A stretch of DNA of 64,000 nucleotides from a virus. Within the stretch, counting starts at the first letter, position 1; each line of letters begins with the position of its first letter. The notes below the pieces were generated by a model, which saw only the letters and a list, made by a program, of their open reading frames with translations, searched no databases and had not been told where the DNA came from. The stretch is from IMG/VR virus record IMGVR_UViG_3300037466_003065, positions 120,788 to 184,787 of that record; one strand, written 5' to 3'. The translations under genes and the position numbers were made by a program. Below, in pieces: positions 1 to 9,364 of the stretch.

Positions 1-778
1 CGACCATGCCCGCGTCGATCGATGACTTGTTCGTGCTGACCATCCGGGCCCGCACCCGCTTCAGCAGCGCGATCGCCGTCCGCGGGGTGCCCATCGACCG
101 CTCGGCTATCAGTCGGATGGCCCGCAGGTCGACCGTCGTGCCCAGCCGCTGGGCGTGCTGCTGGAGGATGAACATCAGGTCGTCGACCGAGTACGGCTGG
201 AACGTGTACTGGATCGAGCAGCGGTTGACCGCGGCCTCCGCGACCTTGCGGAGCCTCCCGATGTAGTTGGTCAGCAGGATGATGGTGCACTCGGGCACCC
301 AGATCTTGACCGGCTTCGACACGCCCGGAAGTTTGGCCTCCATGGTCGGGATGTCGCCGCCGTCCGGCTGCATCACGGTATGGAGAGACTCCCACAACTT
401 CCGGGGGACGGCCTCGCACTCGTCGAACGCGATGATCGCACGCTGGGCCGCGCGTCGGTCGAGCAGTCGCCCGGTCTTCTTCTCGTAGCCCTCGCGGGGC
501 AGGTACCCGAATACCTCGGACAACCGGAGGTCGGTCACCCGCGGGCCCATGAGGACGCGGGCGGGCGGGCCGCCCATCACGCTGGCCAGCACGTGCACGA
601 GTGCCGTCTTACCCAATCCCGGGGGCCCGTTCAGGATCATGTGGGGAAGGGGTCGCAGCTCCTTGACCGCCGCCACGACCTCGTCCTTGAGCTGGGACAC
701 CAGCTTGGGTTGCCCCCGGTACTCCATCAGGGCCTTCGGCTGCCAGTCCCGTTCGTACTTCACAATCGTATCATTCAC
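1..778 (-). CDS. ruvB: RuvB-like Holliday junction branch-migration AAA+ helicase (3' end beyond window)
   Basis: Translated by hand; absent from the ORF track because it is truncated. VNDTIVKYERDWQPKALMEYRGQPKLVSQLK...HMILNGPPGLGKT (Walker A)...FDECE (Walker B)...VNRC...QPYSVDDL...IAERSMGTPRTAIALLKRVR parallels RuvB (RPxxLxEYxGQ, GPPGLGKT, ARRSRGTPRIANRLLRRVR). GTG start at 778 with GGAGG RBS. Confidence 0.85.
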   Translation of the reverse strand, partial: MNDTIVKYERDWQPKALMEYRGQPKLVSQLKDEVVAAVKELRPLPHMILNGPPGLGKTALVHVLASVMGGPPARVLMGPRVTDLRLSEVFGYLPREGYEKKTGRLLDRRAAQRAIIAFDECEAVPRKLWESLHTVMQPDGGDIPTMEAKLPGVSKPVKIWVPECTIILLTNYIGRLRKVAEAAVNRCSIQYTFQPYSVDDLMFILQQHAQRLGTTVDLRAIRLIAERSMGTPRTAIALLKRVRARMVSTNKSSIDAGMV

Positions 779-1368
779 GATGATGCCTCCTGCTGTTGAA
801 GAAGAATGTCTAGGGTTCGGATGGCCGCACCGCTGTCCTTGCGGAACACGTACTCGGGCAGTTCGTGCAGCCACCGGATCGTCAGCTTGTTCACCTCCTC
901 TTCGACCTCCTCAGTCGAGTGTAGTTTGTATGGCACGCCGGCCTTCTGGGAGAGGTGGTGGTGGGCCGTCTCGTGCACCACTGTTGACAGGACGGGCGAC
1001 GGCCCGCCGAGCTTGTTCAGGTGCACGATGCTCCGATCCATGCCTCGCCAGTGTGTGCGGGTGCGTCGCCTCATTGAGCCGAAGCAGGCCCAGCCCCGGG
1101 CCGACTCCGTCTTGCGTAACGCCTCCTCGTGCGCGACTTCCGGGAACTGGTCGACGACCGCCTCGCGGTGGTCGGCGTACATTACGACGATCGGCCAGTA
1201 GTTCAGCAGTCGTTTCCGGAAACAAAAGAACCGCACCTCACGGCAGATCTCTTGCCAGTGACGTACGGTTTCTTCTGTGATCCCGAGCCGAAGCACGGAA
1301 GCCGAGACGAGGGAGGCGTGTTCCCGGTCACTTACGAGCGGCAACCTTGCGACCTGTCGTCTTATCAT
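775..1368 (-). CDS. HExxH zinc metallopeptidase-like protein
   Basis: TVVHETAHH motif followed by EEVEEEV; start placed at internal ATG 1368. Confidence 0.6.
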   Translation of the reverse strand: MIRRQVARLPLVSDREHASLVSASVLRLGITEETVRHWQEICREVRFFCFRKRLLNYWPIVVMYADHREAVVDQFPEVAHEEALRKTESARGWACFGSMRRRTRTHWRGMDRSIVHLNKLGGPSPVLSTVVHETAHHHLSQKAGVPYKLHSTEEVEEEVNKLTIRWLHELPEYVFRKDSGAAIRTLDILLQQQEASS

Positions 1369-1741
1369 CGGTGTTCTCAAATTCGGGGTCGATCCTCGCG
1401 CGGACGATGTTCTTGGCGGCCTCCAACTCCTCCTCGGCCTCGCGAACGCTGCGGTCGAAGTCTTTGCGGGCTTCGACCTTCTTGGCGAGCTCTCGCTCGG
1501 CGTCGGCCAGCTTGGCCCTCAGCGTGTCGATGTGCACCTCGAGCTTGGGGATGCCGAGGTTGTTGACGTGACGCTCCTTCTTGGCCAGGCGAACCGCCTC
1601 CTGTGCGGCGAGCAGGCCCCGGTCGGTACGCATCAGCTCGGCCAGCCTGGTCTCCCGGGCCTTCGTTCGGGCCTGGTCGAGGGCGGCCTGGGCGGCGAGA
1701 ACCGACTTGTCCTGGGTGATGCGAGTCGTGGTGGCGGGCAT
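1328..1741 (-). CDS. hypothetical coiled-coil protein
   Basis: ATG at 1741 after AGAGGACATC leader; Ala/Lys/Arg/Glu-rich helical sequence. Confidence 0.75.
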   Translation of the reverse strand: MPATTTRITQDKSVLAAQAALDQARTKARETRLAELMRTDRGLLAAQEAVRLAKKERHVNNLGIPKLEVHIDTLRAKLADAERELAKKVEARKDFDRSVREAEEELEAAKNIVRARIDPEFENTDDKTTGRKVAARK

Positions 1742-1784
1742 TGATGTCCTCTGCTTTCGTGTCGGATCCCCGTGATGTCCGGGG

Positions 1785-1813
1785 ACTATAAACAAGCGGG
1801 TTTCCCTTGACAA
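1785..1813 (-). promoter_or_regulatory. sigma70-type promoter
   Basis: TTGTCA-N17-TATAGT on minus strand, about 45 nt upstream of ATG 1741. Confidence 0.7.
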
Positions 1814-1966
1814 CATTAAATCCCAAAGATTACCGATCGTTTTGTGCCGTATCGCATACCGGTGATCCCCTTCAGATCACAATGGATCCCCTATTTTACT
1901 GGTTGCTTTCACCTATTTTGCGTCACCCTCACAGACCTCACCCCACAGATGAGAGAATGGTGAAGA

Positions 1967-2323
1967 TCAAAGCGACTCCAGCGACTCGGCGACGGTCACC
2001 AGGTCGTCGACGCTGAAGTGGTCGACGCTGGCGTCCGTCGAGCCGCCATCGGCGCACACGACGAAGAGCGTCAGGTGGCCTTGGTTGCTGCAGGTGATCA
2101 TCTGCAGCTCCGCGATCGCCGTCGAGTTGTGCTCGTCTTCGTAGGGGTAAGAGGCGGCGATGCCCCTTTCGCAAAGGTCGATCGAGTGGACAGACCCGGC
2201 ACCGCCGCCCGGCTGGGGCAGCGGGCCCACGCCCTTCTTGAGCACCAAGTCGCGAAGCAGCTTCACGACCTTTGCCCGTGTTCCCTCGAGCTGGTTTTTA
2301 ATCTCTGTCAGTTTCATGCTCAT
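1967..2323 (-). CDS. hypothetical protein
   Basis: MSMKLTEIK... start after AGGAAACGCC; co-oriented with the arm. Confidence 0.7.
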   Translation of the reverse strand: MSMKLTEIKNQLEGTRAKVVKLLRDLVLKKGVGPLPQPGGGAGSVHSIDLCERGIAASYPYEDEHNSTAIAELQMITCSNQGHLTLFVVCADGGSTDASVDHFSVDDLVTVAESLESL

Positions 2324-2341
2324 GGCGTTTCCTGTTCGTGT

Positions 2342-2381
2342 AAGAGAAGGGGGCCTCCGGGATGTCGTCCCCGGAGGCCCC
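2342..2381 (-). terminator. intrinsic terminator-like hairpin
   Basis: 12-bp stem 2350-2361/2370-2381, followed by CTTCTCTT on minus strand. Confidence 0.6.
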
Positions 2382-2420
2382 GATGCGTTGGCGGGCCCTT
2401 TCCGGCTCACCGTTGCCCGT

Positions 2421-2759
2421 TTAAGTGGCGCCCCTCTTGATCCGCCCGGTTCGCGGCCCGGTGTCCACGCCGGCCTGAACCGAAACCGCCTTTTGGAAGG
2501 CGACCTCGTGGGGCAGGGTGTACTCGTCGGAGCGGCCCTTGAGGCGGTAGATGACCGCCAGTGGGGTCACCTTGGAGATCTCGATCTCCCGGGTACCCCT
2601 TTCGAAGGTGGTACAGGCGGTCTGGAACGGGCCGATCGAGCCCTTGATCTTCTTGGCTCTTGCCCGCTTGGGCTTCTCAGCTCCGGCGCCGCACTCGGGG
2701 CAAGGCGTGATGAGTCCCGGGTTGTTGTGCCACGGATGAGGACACGGTTCTTTTGCCAC
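2421..2759 (-). CDS. hypothetical protein with N-terminal Zn-binding motif
   Basis: GTG start after GGAGGCATC; CPHPWH...CPECG. Confidence 0.7.
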   Translation of the reverse strand: MAKEPCPHPWHNNPGLITPCPECGAGAEKPKRARAKKIKGSIGPFQTACTTFERGTREIEISKVTPLAVIYRLKGRSDEYTLPHEVAFQKAVSVQAGVDTGPRTGRIKRGAT

Positions 2760-2967
2760 GATGCCTCCGGTTGAAGGGTAGGGACAACTGGTTCGGGTCG
2801 GGCTTGGGCGCCCGCGAGGGGCCGGCCGACCCGTGATTACTGCGAACGATGGTCTCGGTTGCGATGTCCCCCAAAACGATTGCGGCCAGCGGCACCTCGA
2901 AGAGTGCCTGCTGGCCGGGAACGTCGGAGCGGGGTCGCTCGACGGTCACAATCTGTAGCTTCATCAC
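2677..2967 (-). CDS. hypothetical protein
   Basis: GTG start after AAGGAGGCATC; overlaps downstream gene by 83 nt. Confidence 0.55.
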   Translation of the reverse strand: MMKLQIVTVERPRSDVPGQQALFEVPLAAIVLGDIATETIVRSNHGSAGPSRAPKPDPNQLSLPFNRRHRGKRTVSSSVAQQPGTHHALPRVRRRS

Positions 2968-3467
2968 GATGCCTCCTTGGTACGAACCTTGGCCTTGCCG
3001 GTCAGAATCAGTGTCTGCTTGGTTTCAAGGAGCAGTGCCTCCTTTCTTGTCATCTTGGGCCACTTGACGCCTCGCCACCTGGCGTACACGTTGAGCCAGC
3101 GGTACTGGTGGTAGGCGAACTTGTGCCACGGCGTACGCATCAGGTCGAACATTTGCGAGTCGACCGCGTCGGCCGCGTGCTCCGAAAGTCGACTGCCGAC
3201 GTTCAGGCACTTGGCCACCTGGGCGGCCTTGTGGGTAATGGCGCCACGCTGGAGCATCGACAGAATATTGGCGAGGTGGGTGTCACTAAGATCCTTGAAG
3301 CGGATCCGCTGCTTATCCTTCGTCACCCAGACCATGTCCTCGACAAAGAACCTGCCGTTACCGGCAAGGCTTCCGTCGCAGGCGCCGCACGGGCCGGCGC
3401 CGGGGTCGTGGATGTCCATGGCCCCGCTGCCACCGCAGAGCGAGCAGGGATACGTCGGCTTCTTCAT
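2964..3467 (-). CDS. hypothetical protein with DnaJ-type CxxCxGxG zinc finger
   Basis: CSLCGGSG...CGACDGS; GGGAGGCATC leader. Confidence 0.7.
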   Translation of the reverse strand: MKKPTYPCSLCGGSGAMDIHDPGAGPCGACDGSLAGNGRFFVEDMVWVTKDKQRIRFKDLSDTHLANILSMLQRGAITHKAAQVAKCLNVGSRLSEHAADAVDSQMFDLMRTPWHKFAYHQYRWLNVYARWRGVKWPKMTRKEALLLETKQTLILTGKAKVRTKEAS

Positions 3468-3480
3468 GTGATGCCTCCCA

Positions 3481-3526
3481 AAAGGAGTGGGGCCGGGAAC
3501 GTGGTTGGGTTCACGTTCCCGGCCCC
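3481..3526 (-). terminator. GC-rich hairpin directly upstream of next RBS
   Basis: Perfect 15-bp stem 3489-3503/3512-3526, then ACTCCTTTT. Confidence 0.6.
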
Positions 3527-3543
3527 GGGCTAAGAAACACTCG

Positions 3544-4116
3544 CTACTGGTGCATGTTCATGAGCCGGAACCGGCTCTCGAACCCGTGCACCCGCATGAT
3601 AACCGCGGGGAGCTGGGTGTCCAACTCCCATTCGAAGCCCGCCGTGTTCGTCTCCTGGCCGAGCACGAACTGGGTCGAGTGGTGGATCCACCGGTAAATC
3701 GAGTGCCACCCGGTCGGGCACAGGATTTTCAGGTGCCGCATCTCCCCATGCCAGTGGTCGCGGAGCTGGGCGACGCAGTCGTCGAGGCTGACGACCTCCT
3801 TGGGGATGTACTCGTCGCCCGCGTCGGTCAGCGTGTCGATCGCGGTCAGGGCCTCCAGACCCGAGTCGAGCGGCACGGCACGGCCGAGGAACAGGGGCAT
3901 GAACTGCACCGGGAAGCCGCCGCCCGACTTGAAGAGCTCGTCGACCTGGTCGGGGGTGATCTTGTCCGGGTTCTTGGGGATGTACTGGATCAGGCCCCGC
4001 GGCACCAGCTTGGCCGGCGAGATCTGGAGGCCGTTCATCCGCTCGTACGCCCATAGGTGGCCGGGCAGGGCGGCCTGCACGACCCGGTACTTCTCGATCA
4101 GTTGGTCATTCGTCAT
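3544..4116 (-). CDS. hypothetical protein
   Basis: MTNDQLIEK... ATG at 4116; the longer ORF-track N-terminus is a shadow frame. Confidence 0.7.
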   Translation of the reverse strand: MTNDQLIEKYRVVQAALPGHLWAYERMNGLQISPAKLVPRGLIQYIPKNPDKITPDQVDELFKSGGGFPVQFMPLFLGRAVPLDSGLEALTAIDTLTDAGDEYIPKEVVSLDDCVAQLRDHWHGEMRHLKILCPTGWHSIYRWIHHSTQFVLGQETNTAGFEWELDTQLPAVIMRVHGFESRFRLMNMHQ

Positions 4117-5059
4117 CGTCGTCATCCTCGAAGTCAAAGTCATCATCGTCGTCCCAAGAGTCGTCGGACTCGGAGTCGGGCAGGGCCCCAGCTTCCTCGT
4201 CGAACTCTTCGAGGCTGTCGCCGAACGACCACTCCTTGGGCTCGGGCCCCTTGGTAAAGCCCTTCTCGGCGACGAGCCATGCGGCGAACTTGCACGCGCG
4301 GTCGACGCGACTGGTGAACATCGCGCTGCCCGGCCCCCTGAGCCACTCGAGATTGAGCTCGCGGAGGTCGACGTTCTCCGGGCCGTACAGCAGGTCGACC
4401 TGGACGCGGTCGCCATCCTCGCCGTCGTCGATCGCGTAAAGCGTGGAGTTGGCCGGCGGCTTTGGCGGCGTGTACCGGAGCAGTTTCCAGTGCGGCCCCG
4501 GCTGCTCCTGCAGCTTCCACGGCTTGGCGGGGCGGCCGGCGGCGAGCCACGCGTTGACCTCGATCTGGACGGCGTTCAGGATCGTGCACGCGTCATCGAG
4601 GCCGACCCACTCGATCAGTTTCTCGGCGCCACCGAGCACGTTGGCGTCCACAAAGTCGTGGAGCTGGGAGAACGAGGCGACGTGCGGCGGCACGACCTGC
4701 TTCTCGATCAGGGCGAGAATCTCGTACTTGGTGTCGATGACCAACCGCGACTTTCGGAAGCAGAAGATCGCCTCGGCCACGTCGTCGGTCGCCAGGATGT
4801 TGCCCTCCTGGGACTTGTACCCGGTGAAGCTGACGTGGTACCGGGGCGTCGGCGACATCTCACGGAGCTCGGGGTTCGGATGGTCGCTCCAGAGGCGGAG
4901 GCAGACGTCCTCGCCGAGGTGGGTGCAGCCCACGCCGAAGCTGGGGCAGACGTCGTTGTGCCAGCTCATGTCGTCGACGCCGTCCAGCTTCGGGTCAGTC
5001 AGTTTGAGGATCTCGGGCGGCGGGGCCCACTCCCCGCTGAACTCGCTCGCGTAACTCAT
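4106..5059 (-). CDS. multi-module hypothetical protein with acidic tail
   Basis: AGGAGACATC leader; SWHNDVCPSF and SFSQLHDFVDANVLGG modules; Asp/Glu-rich C-terminus. Confidence 0.8.
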   Translation of the reverse strand: MSYASEFSGEWAPPPEILKLTDPKLDGVDDMSWHNDVCPSFGVGCTHLGEDVCLRLWSDHPNPELREMSPTPRYHVSFTGYKSQEGNILATDDVAEAIFCFRKSRLVIDTKYEILALIEKQVVPPHVASFSQLHDFVDANVLGGAEKLIEWVGLDDACTILNAVQIEVNAWLAAGRPAKPWKLQEQPGPHWKLLRYTPPKPPANSTLYAIDDGEDGDRVQVDLLYGPENVDLRELNLEWLRGPGSAMFTSRVDRACKFAAWLVAEKGFTKGPEPKEWSFGDSLEEFDEEAGALPDSESDDSWDDDDDFDFEDDDDDE

Positions 5060-5069
5060 GATGTCTCCT

Positions 5070-5112
5070 GAAAGGGAAGATGGCCTCGTGGTGGGGTCAC
5101 CACAAGGCCATC
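5070..5112 (-). terminator. terminator-like hairpin upstream of RBS
   Basis: Near-perfect stem 5079-5112 (GATGGCCT..GTGGTG/CACCAC..AGGCCATC), then TTCCCTTT. Confidence 0.55.
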
Positions 5113-5152
5113 GTGATTAGAACCGTCAACCAGAAAATCCGCCAGCCGTCGC

Positions 5153-5305
5153 TCAGACTCCCTCGGGGATTACGCCCCACACGGGCACCCTCCTCTCATG
5201 GTGAGCCTCCACACATTCCAGGAACTCGCCGATCACCTTTCCGTTCCGGCTGATCGTGCAACAGACCCATGCCGCGTTCATCTGCTCGCGATGCAGTTGG
5301 TACAT
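5153..5305 (-). CDS. small hypothetical protein (50 aa)
   Basis: MYQLHREQMNAAWVCCTISRNGK...; AGGAGGCATC leader; below ORF-track cutoff. Confidence 0.55.
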   Translation of the reverse strand: MYQLHREQMNAAWVCCTISRNGKVIGEFLECVEAHHERRVPVWGVIPEGV

Positions 5306-5395
5306 GATGCCTCCTGAAGGGGTGAGGGGATTGAACCATTCTTCGGCTTGAAGTCAATGGGATTACATGGGGAATTTCCGGAACATGACCCGGTG

Positions 5396-7759
5396 TTATG
5401 CCTCCGACGTTGTGATGGCCTCCGCGGGCTGCCGAGGCCGCTGTTTGTCCATCAACTGGATGTATTCGAAAATCGCCTTGAGGGGCTCCTCCTGGATGTG
5501 GGAGCTCCCGACGAAGTGCTTGATCATCGGGTACGCCCGGTTGAACGCCGCGATCGCGTTCGTGATTCGCTTCTCGACCCTCGAAAGGTCGGGCAGCGGC
5601 ACGCCGAGCAGGCTGCAGGCGTAGTCGCACGCACCGGCCGTCACGTTGTTGTACTTGCCGTGCACCTCGTCCTGGGCCTCGTACAGCAAGCGGGCCGGCG
5701 ACTTGGCCCGGAGCGACGGGATCGCCTCGAGGTAACCCTGCACACGCTGCACGAGGTTGGTCTCCAGGCAGTCCAGACTCCGGTCAAGCCGCCGGCGCAT
5801 CGCGGCGTCGCGGGCTGCCGCGTCGGCCTCCAGTTTCTCCTTCAGCCAGACGTCCAGCCGCTTCCAGTTCTTCAGCTTCTCGATCTTCGGGAGCATCGCC
5901 GACCGGACGCCGACCACGTCACGCCAGTACATCAGGCCCGTGTAGTCGTCCATTCGCTCGAGCCGCGACTTGAGGGACGCGGGAGGGGCGAACCCGCCCG
6001 TGCTCCAACTGTAGCGGTCTTCGGTCTCCGGGTCGGACACCTTGCCGGCCCTCCACTCGAAGCCCTTGACCTCGACGTAGACGACCTCTTCCTCGGTGTC
6101 GTCGAGGTCGACGTCGGCGTCCCGCCACGCGTAGACCGGCGAGTCGAAGCTGTGCTGCAGCCGCACGATCTTGGCCGTCTTCCGGCTCTCGCGTTCGGCC
6201 CGCGGCGGCTCGGGGAGCGACGACACCGGCTTGACCAGGTGGTCGAACTCCTCGTCCCGCATCCACTTCACGAAGGCCCCGTCGTCCTCGGTCGCCGGCT
6301 CGATCAGGTAGACCGTGAGGTGTGTCCGGTTGCGGCGGGCCTGCTCCATGAGCAAGCGGATGCGGGTGTGGAAGCCGGTGTCCACGTCCTTGCGGAAGAC
6401 GAGCACGTCCTCCTTGGCCGAGATGTACTCGACGCGATCACGGGCGATGCGCATCGGGTCGTTCGTCCGCCGGCCCGCCACCCACTCGTACCTCGTGCCG
6501 TAGGCCACCCGCTTGTCGCCGTCGCCGAAGTGAATGCCGGTCGAGACCTCCTTGCCTCGCCACCGCAGGCCACTGCTGTCGATCAGGCCGCGGAGGTAGT
6601 AGCGGCTCGTGAACCGCCAGAGTTGGACGCGGGCGTCCCACATCGTCTCGACGGCCGAGAGGTCTCGCTCGGTCTCCGCGATCAGGTCGGCCGCCAGCTT
6701 GCGCAGCCGCTCCTTCAGCGTCGCGTAGGTGGGCCCGCTGTCGTACTTCAGGGCCTCGCGGCTGGCCGCCATGTTGACCTCGCCGATACCGACCCGGAGC
6801 ACCGGGCCGACCTCCTGGGCGAGGAACGTCTCGGCCTTCGTGAGTGAGTTGCGGAACTCCTCGTCCAGGTCTTGCCACCGACCGACCGGGTAGTGGACGT
6901 TGCCCATCAGCACGCCGAACGAGTCGACGTGCTGGCCCCGGTAATGGTGCCGCTGGCCTTGGTCGTGGGCGAAGATCATCCAGTCGCCGCTCTCCTTGGC
7001 GATGGCCGGGATCTTGAGCTGGTCGGCCGAGACGCCGGTGACCAGCGGCTTGGTCTCGAACCACTTGTAGACCTCGATCGCCTTCGTGCGGAACAGGTTG
7101 AAGTCCTTGGCCTGCACGGGCACGGTCACCTTCAGGCCGCTGGGCTCGTCGGTCGGCTCGTAGGACAGTCGCACCACGCCGGGCATCTCCTCGCCCTTGA
7201 ACATGGTGTAGATGCCCTTCATGCCGTCGCACACCGACGTGACGGTGTACGAGTCGGTGTACGCGAACGGCGACTTCGACCCCAGCCCGAGGCACCCCGT
7301 ATAGTCGTTGGAGTGATTCTTGTCGGAGTCGAAGTAGACCGTGTAGTTGCCCTGGCGGAACGTCATGCCGGGCTCGCCGCACTTCGGGCAGGTGTAGATG
7401 TCCTGCCGGTTCGGCACGGGCGCCGGCTCGGCGTCGGAGTCCTCGGTGTGGCCGCACAGGCACTCGAAGTACCCGCGGATGCGGTAGTCGCTCAGGCCGG
7501 TGCCGAAGTCCTGGATCGTCAGGTTCGGGTCGGTCAGCGACGGGATGATCACGACGAACGGCACGTGCCGCTTGCCGGCCGCGACGTGGGCGTCGGCGGC
7601 GTTCGTCCCCAGCTCGCGGATGATGGCCCGAATCGCGTCGGAGTAGAGGCCGCCGGACAGGATCTCGGCGGCCTTCATGGACATCTTCATACCGAAGCCG
7701 CGGGGCCGGCCGACGTTGGAGCTGCGTTGAGCGGGCGCGGACGAGGTTGCGAGTTTCAT
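5396..7759 (-). CDS. rIIA: RIIA-like protein (N-terminal GHKL/Hsp90-type ATPase)
   Basis: LYSDAIRAIIRELGTNAADAH, IQDFGTGLS and GCLGLGSKSPFAYTDSYTVTSV are characteristic of phage rIIA; adjacent to rIIB. Confidence 0.88.
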   Translation of the reverse strand: MKLATSSAPAQRSSNVGRPRGFGMKMSMKAAEILSGGLYSDAIRAIIRELGTNAADAHVAAGKRHVPFVVIIPSLTDPNLTIQDFGTGLSDYRIRGYFECLCGHTEDSDAEPAPVPNRQDIYTCPKCGEPGMTFRQGNYTVYFDSDKNHSNDYTGCLGLGSKSPFAYTDSYTVTSVCDGMKGIYTMFKGEEMPGVVRLSYEPTDEPSGLKVTVPVQAKDFNLFRTKAIEVYKWFETKPLVTGVSADQLKIPAIAKESGDWMIFAHDQGQRHHYRGQHVDSFGVLMGNVHYPVGRWQDLDEEFRNSLTKAETFLAQEVGPVLRVGIGEVNMAASREALKYDSGPTYATLKERLRKLAADLIAETERDLSAVETMWDARVQLWRFTSRYYLRGLIDSSGLRWRGKEVSTGIHFGDGDKRVAYGTRYEWVAGRRTNDPMRIARDRVEYISAKEDVLVFRKDVDTGFHTRIRLLMEQARRNRTHLTVYLIEPATEDDGAFVKWMRDEEFDHLVKPVSSLPEPPRAERESRKTAKIVRLQHSFDSPVYAWRDADVDLDDTEEEVVYVEVKGFEWRAGKVSDPETEDRYSWSTGGFAPPASLKSRLERMDDYTGLMYWRDVVGVRSAMLPKIEKLKNWKRLDVWLKEKLEADAAARDAAMRRRLDRSLDCLETNLVQRVQGYLEAIPSLRAKSPARLLYEAQDEVHGKYNNVTAGACDYACSLLGVPLPDLSRVEKRITNAIAAFNRAYPMIKHFVGSSHIQEEPLKAIFEYIQLMDKQRPRQPAEAITTSEA

Positions 7760-7820
7760 CAATGTCTCCTGAAGAAGAGTAGGGAATCAACTGCCTTGAA
7801 TGAACCCCCTTCGGGGCGGG

Positions 7821-9353
7821 TCAGGCCGGCGTGGTCGCCGGCACGCGGTGGTCGATGCGGTTGCGGACGTTGAACAGCGGGTACACGGAGCGGGCGACGT
7901 CGAGGATCTGTTGCTCCTCGACCTCAGTGCGGACGTTGTAGGAGCCGACCGGCATCTCGCCGTCGTAGACGTCGAAGTGGATCGGGAACAGGTCGGACAC
8001 CTCGGGCCGGTAGTCGGGATCGACGAACTTCTTGCGGTCACCCTCCGGCAGTAGGTCGGCCTGCTGCAGGCGGGTCATGCTCTCGACGACCATCTCGGCC
8101 TGCTGGCGGCTCCGGCCCTCGCCCTGCATGATGTTCTCGATCGCCCGCTGCCGCAGCTCGTACCGCTGCTGCGTCGTCAGGTGGTCGAGGTCGTGCGGGT
8201 TGACGAAGGTGGTGCCCTCGTCGACGATCTCGCGGCCGTGCTCGTCCCGCTTGTGGATGTGCGTGCCGACGATGTACCGCGGGTAGTCGCCGGCGCCGCC
8301 CTTGAGGTTGCCGATGAACTCCATGGCGAGCTCGCCCTTGGCGAACCCGCGACAGGTGATCACGTCGTACGCCTCGTGCTCGACCACCTGCCGGTCGATG
8401 GTCTCGTGCGACTCGTACGGCAGTTGGGCGTCGACGCCGTCCCGGATGCTCTCGGTGATCTTGCCCCGCAGGAACACGTCGACGTCGAAGCTCATCGGCT
8501 GCGGCCGATCCTCACGATCGATCTTGGCGTCGAGGCCGTGGGTCGGCACGGACACCTTGGGCTTCGGGGTGTCGCGGACGATCCCGGGCACCGGCAGGAT
8601 CGGCTTGCCCGGGCCGAGGGCCTCGTAGACCGGCCAGGTCATCTCGGTCTTCTGATCCCACTCGGCGATCACGGTGTACCGGTCGACCCGGCACTTCGTG
8701 GTCTCCTCGCGGGGCACACTGACGACGTCGCGGGGGTTGACCTTGACGATCACGTACTTGTCGCTGCCGTCGCCGAACCACCGGGCGTAGCTCGAGGAGC
8801 CGACGTGGAAGCCCTGCGAGCAGTCGGTGCCCCAGTCGTCGTCGACCATGCTGCGGGGCATCACGGGCGTCTCGCCGATCCGGTTGCTGACCGTGCCGGT
8901 TCGCTTGTCCGTCCAGTCCTCCTTGACGGCCTTGTACCCGAGCCAGTGGCCGTCCGTCGTGATCGGAATGTCCTGGTTCTCCAGCCAGGAGTAGAGCTCG
9001 TCGAGGGCCCGCCGGCTGGGGTTCTGGACGAGGTTGTCGAGGAACGCGACGAAGGGCTGGAACGGCATGCCCTTGGCCTTGGCGTCGAGGATGCGCCGGG
9101 TCAGCGAGTTGTTGAGGACGTGGGAGCCGTAGTACACCTGGTTCCCGACGATCTTGATGGCGCCCTGCGAGTATTCGTGTACCGCGGTGGGGACGTCGAT
9201 GGCGGCGGCGAACTTCTGGCCGTTGTCCTCGTCGATCGCTTCACGGGCCTCGCTGTACCCGGGATGGTCGGGCGTCACGTTGTGGGCCTTGCCGGCGAAG
9301 CTGGCCGCGATGTTCTTGCTGCCCGTGATGATCCAGTTAAACAACTTGCTCAT
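7821..9353 (-). CDS. rIIB: RIIB-like protein with C-terminal extension
   Basis: NLVQNPSRRALDELYSWL...PITTDGHWLGYKAV...MPRSMVDDD...CSQGFHVG...VKVNPRDVVSVP; true start MSKLFNW at 9353. Confidence 0.85.
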   Translation of the reverse strand: MSKLFNWIITGSKNIAASFAGKAHNVTPDHPGYSEAREAIDEDNGQKFAAAIDVPTAVHEYSQGAIKIVGNQVYYGSHVLNNSLTRRILDAKAKGMPFQPFVAFLDNLVQNPSRRALDELYSWLENQDIPITTDGHWLGYKAVKEDWTDKRTGTVSNRIGETPVMPRSMVDDDWGTDCSQGFHVGSSSYARWFGDGSDKYVIVKVNPRDVVSVPREETTKCRVDRYTVIAEWDQKTEMTWPVYEALGPGKPILPVPGIVRDTPKPKVSVPTHGLDAKIDREDRPQPMSFDVDVFLRGKITESIRDGVDAQLPYESHETIDRQVVEHEAYDVITCRGFAKGELAMEFIGNLKGGAGDYPRYIVGTHIHKRDEHGREIVDEGTTFVNPHDLDHLTTQQRYELRQRAIENIMQGEGRSRQQAEMVVESMTRLQQADLLPEGDRKKFVDPDYRPEVSDLFPIHFDVYDGEMPVGSYNVRTEVEEQQILDVARSVYPLFNVRNRIDHRVPATTPA

Positions 9354-9364
9354 TTGTGATGCTC

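Noticed and set aside
5348-6847. Long plus-strand ORFs over the left arm (e.g. 5348-6847, 8181-9359, 40737-41855) and long minus-strand ORFs over the right arm (e.g. 50033-52705, 48614-49975)
   Set aside because: Antisense shadow frames typical of high-GC DNA; the opposite strand carries genes with motifs, RBSs and codon bias.
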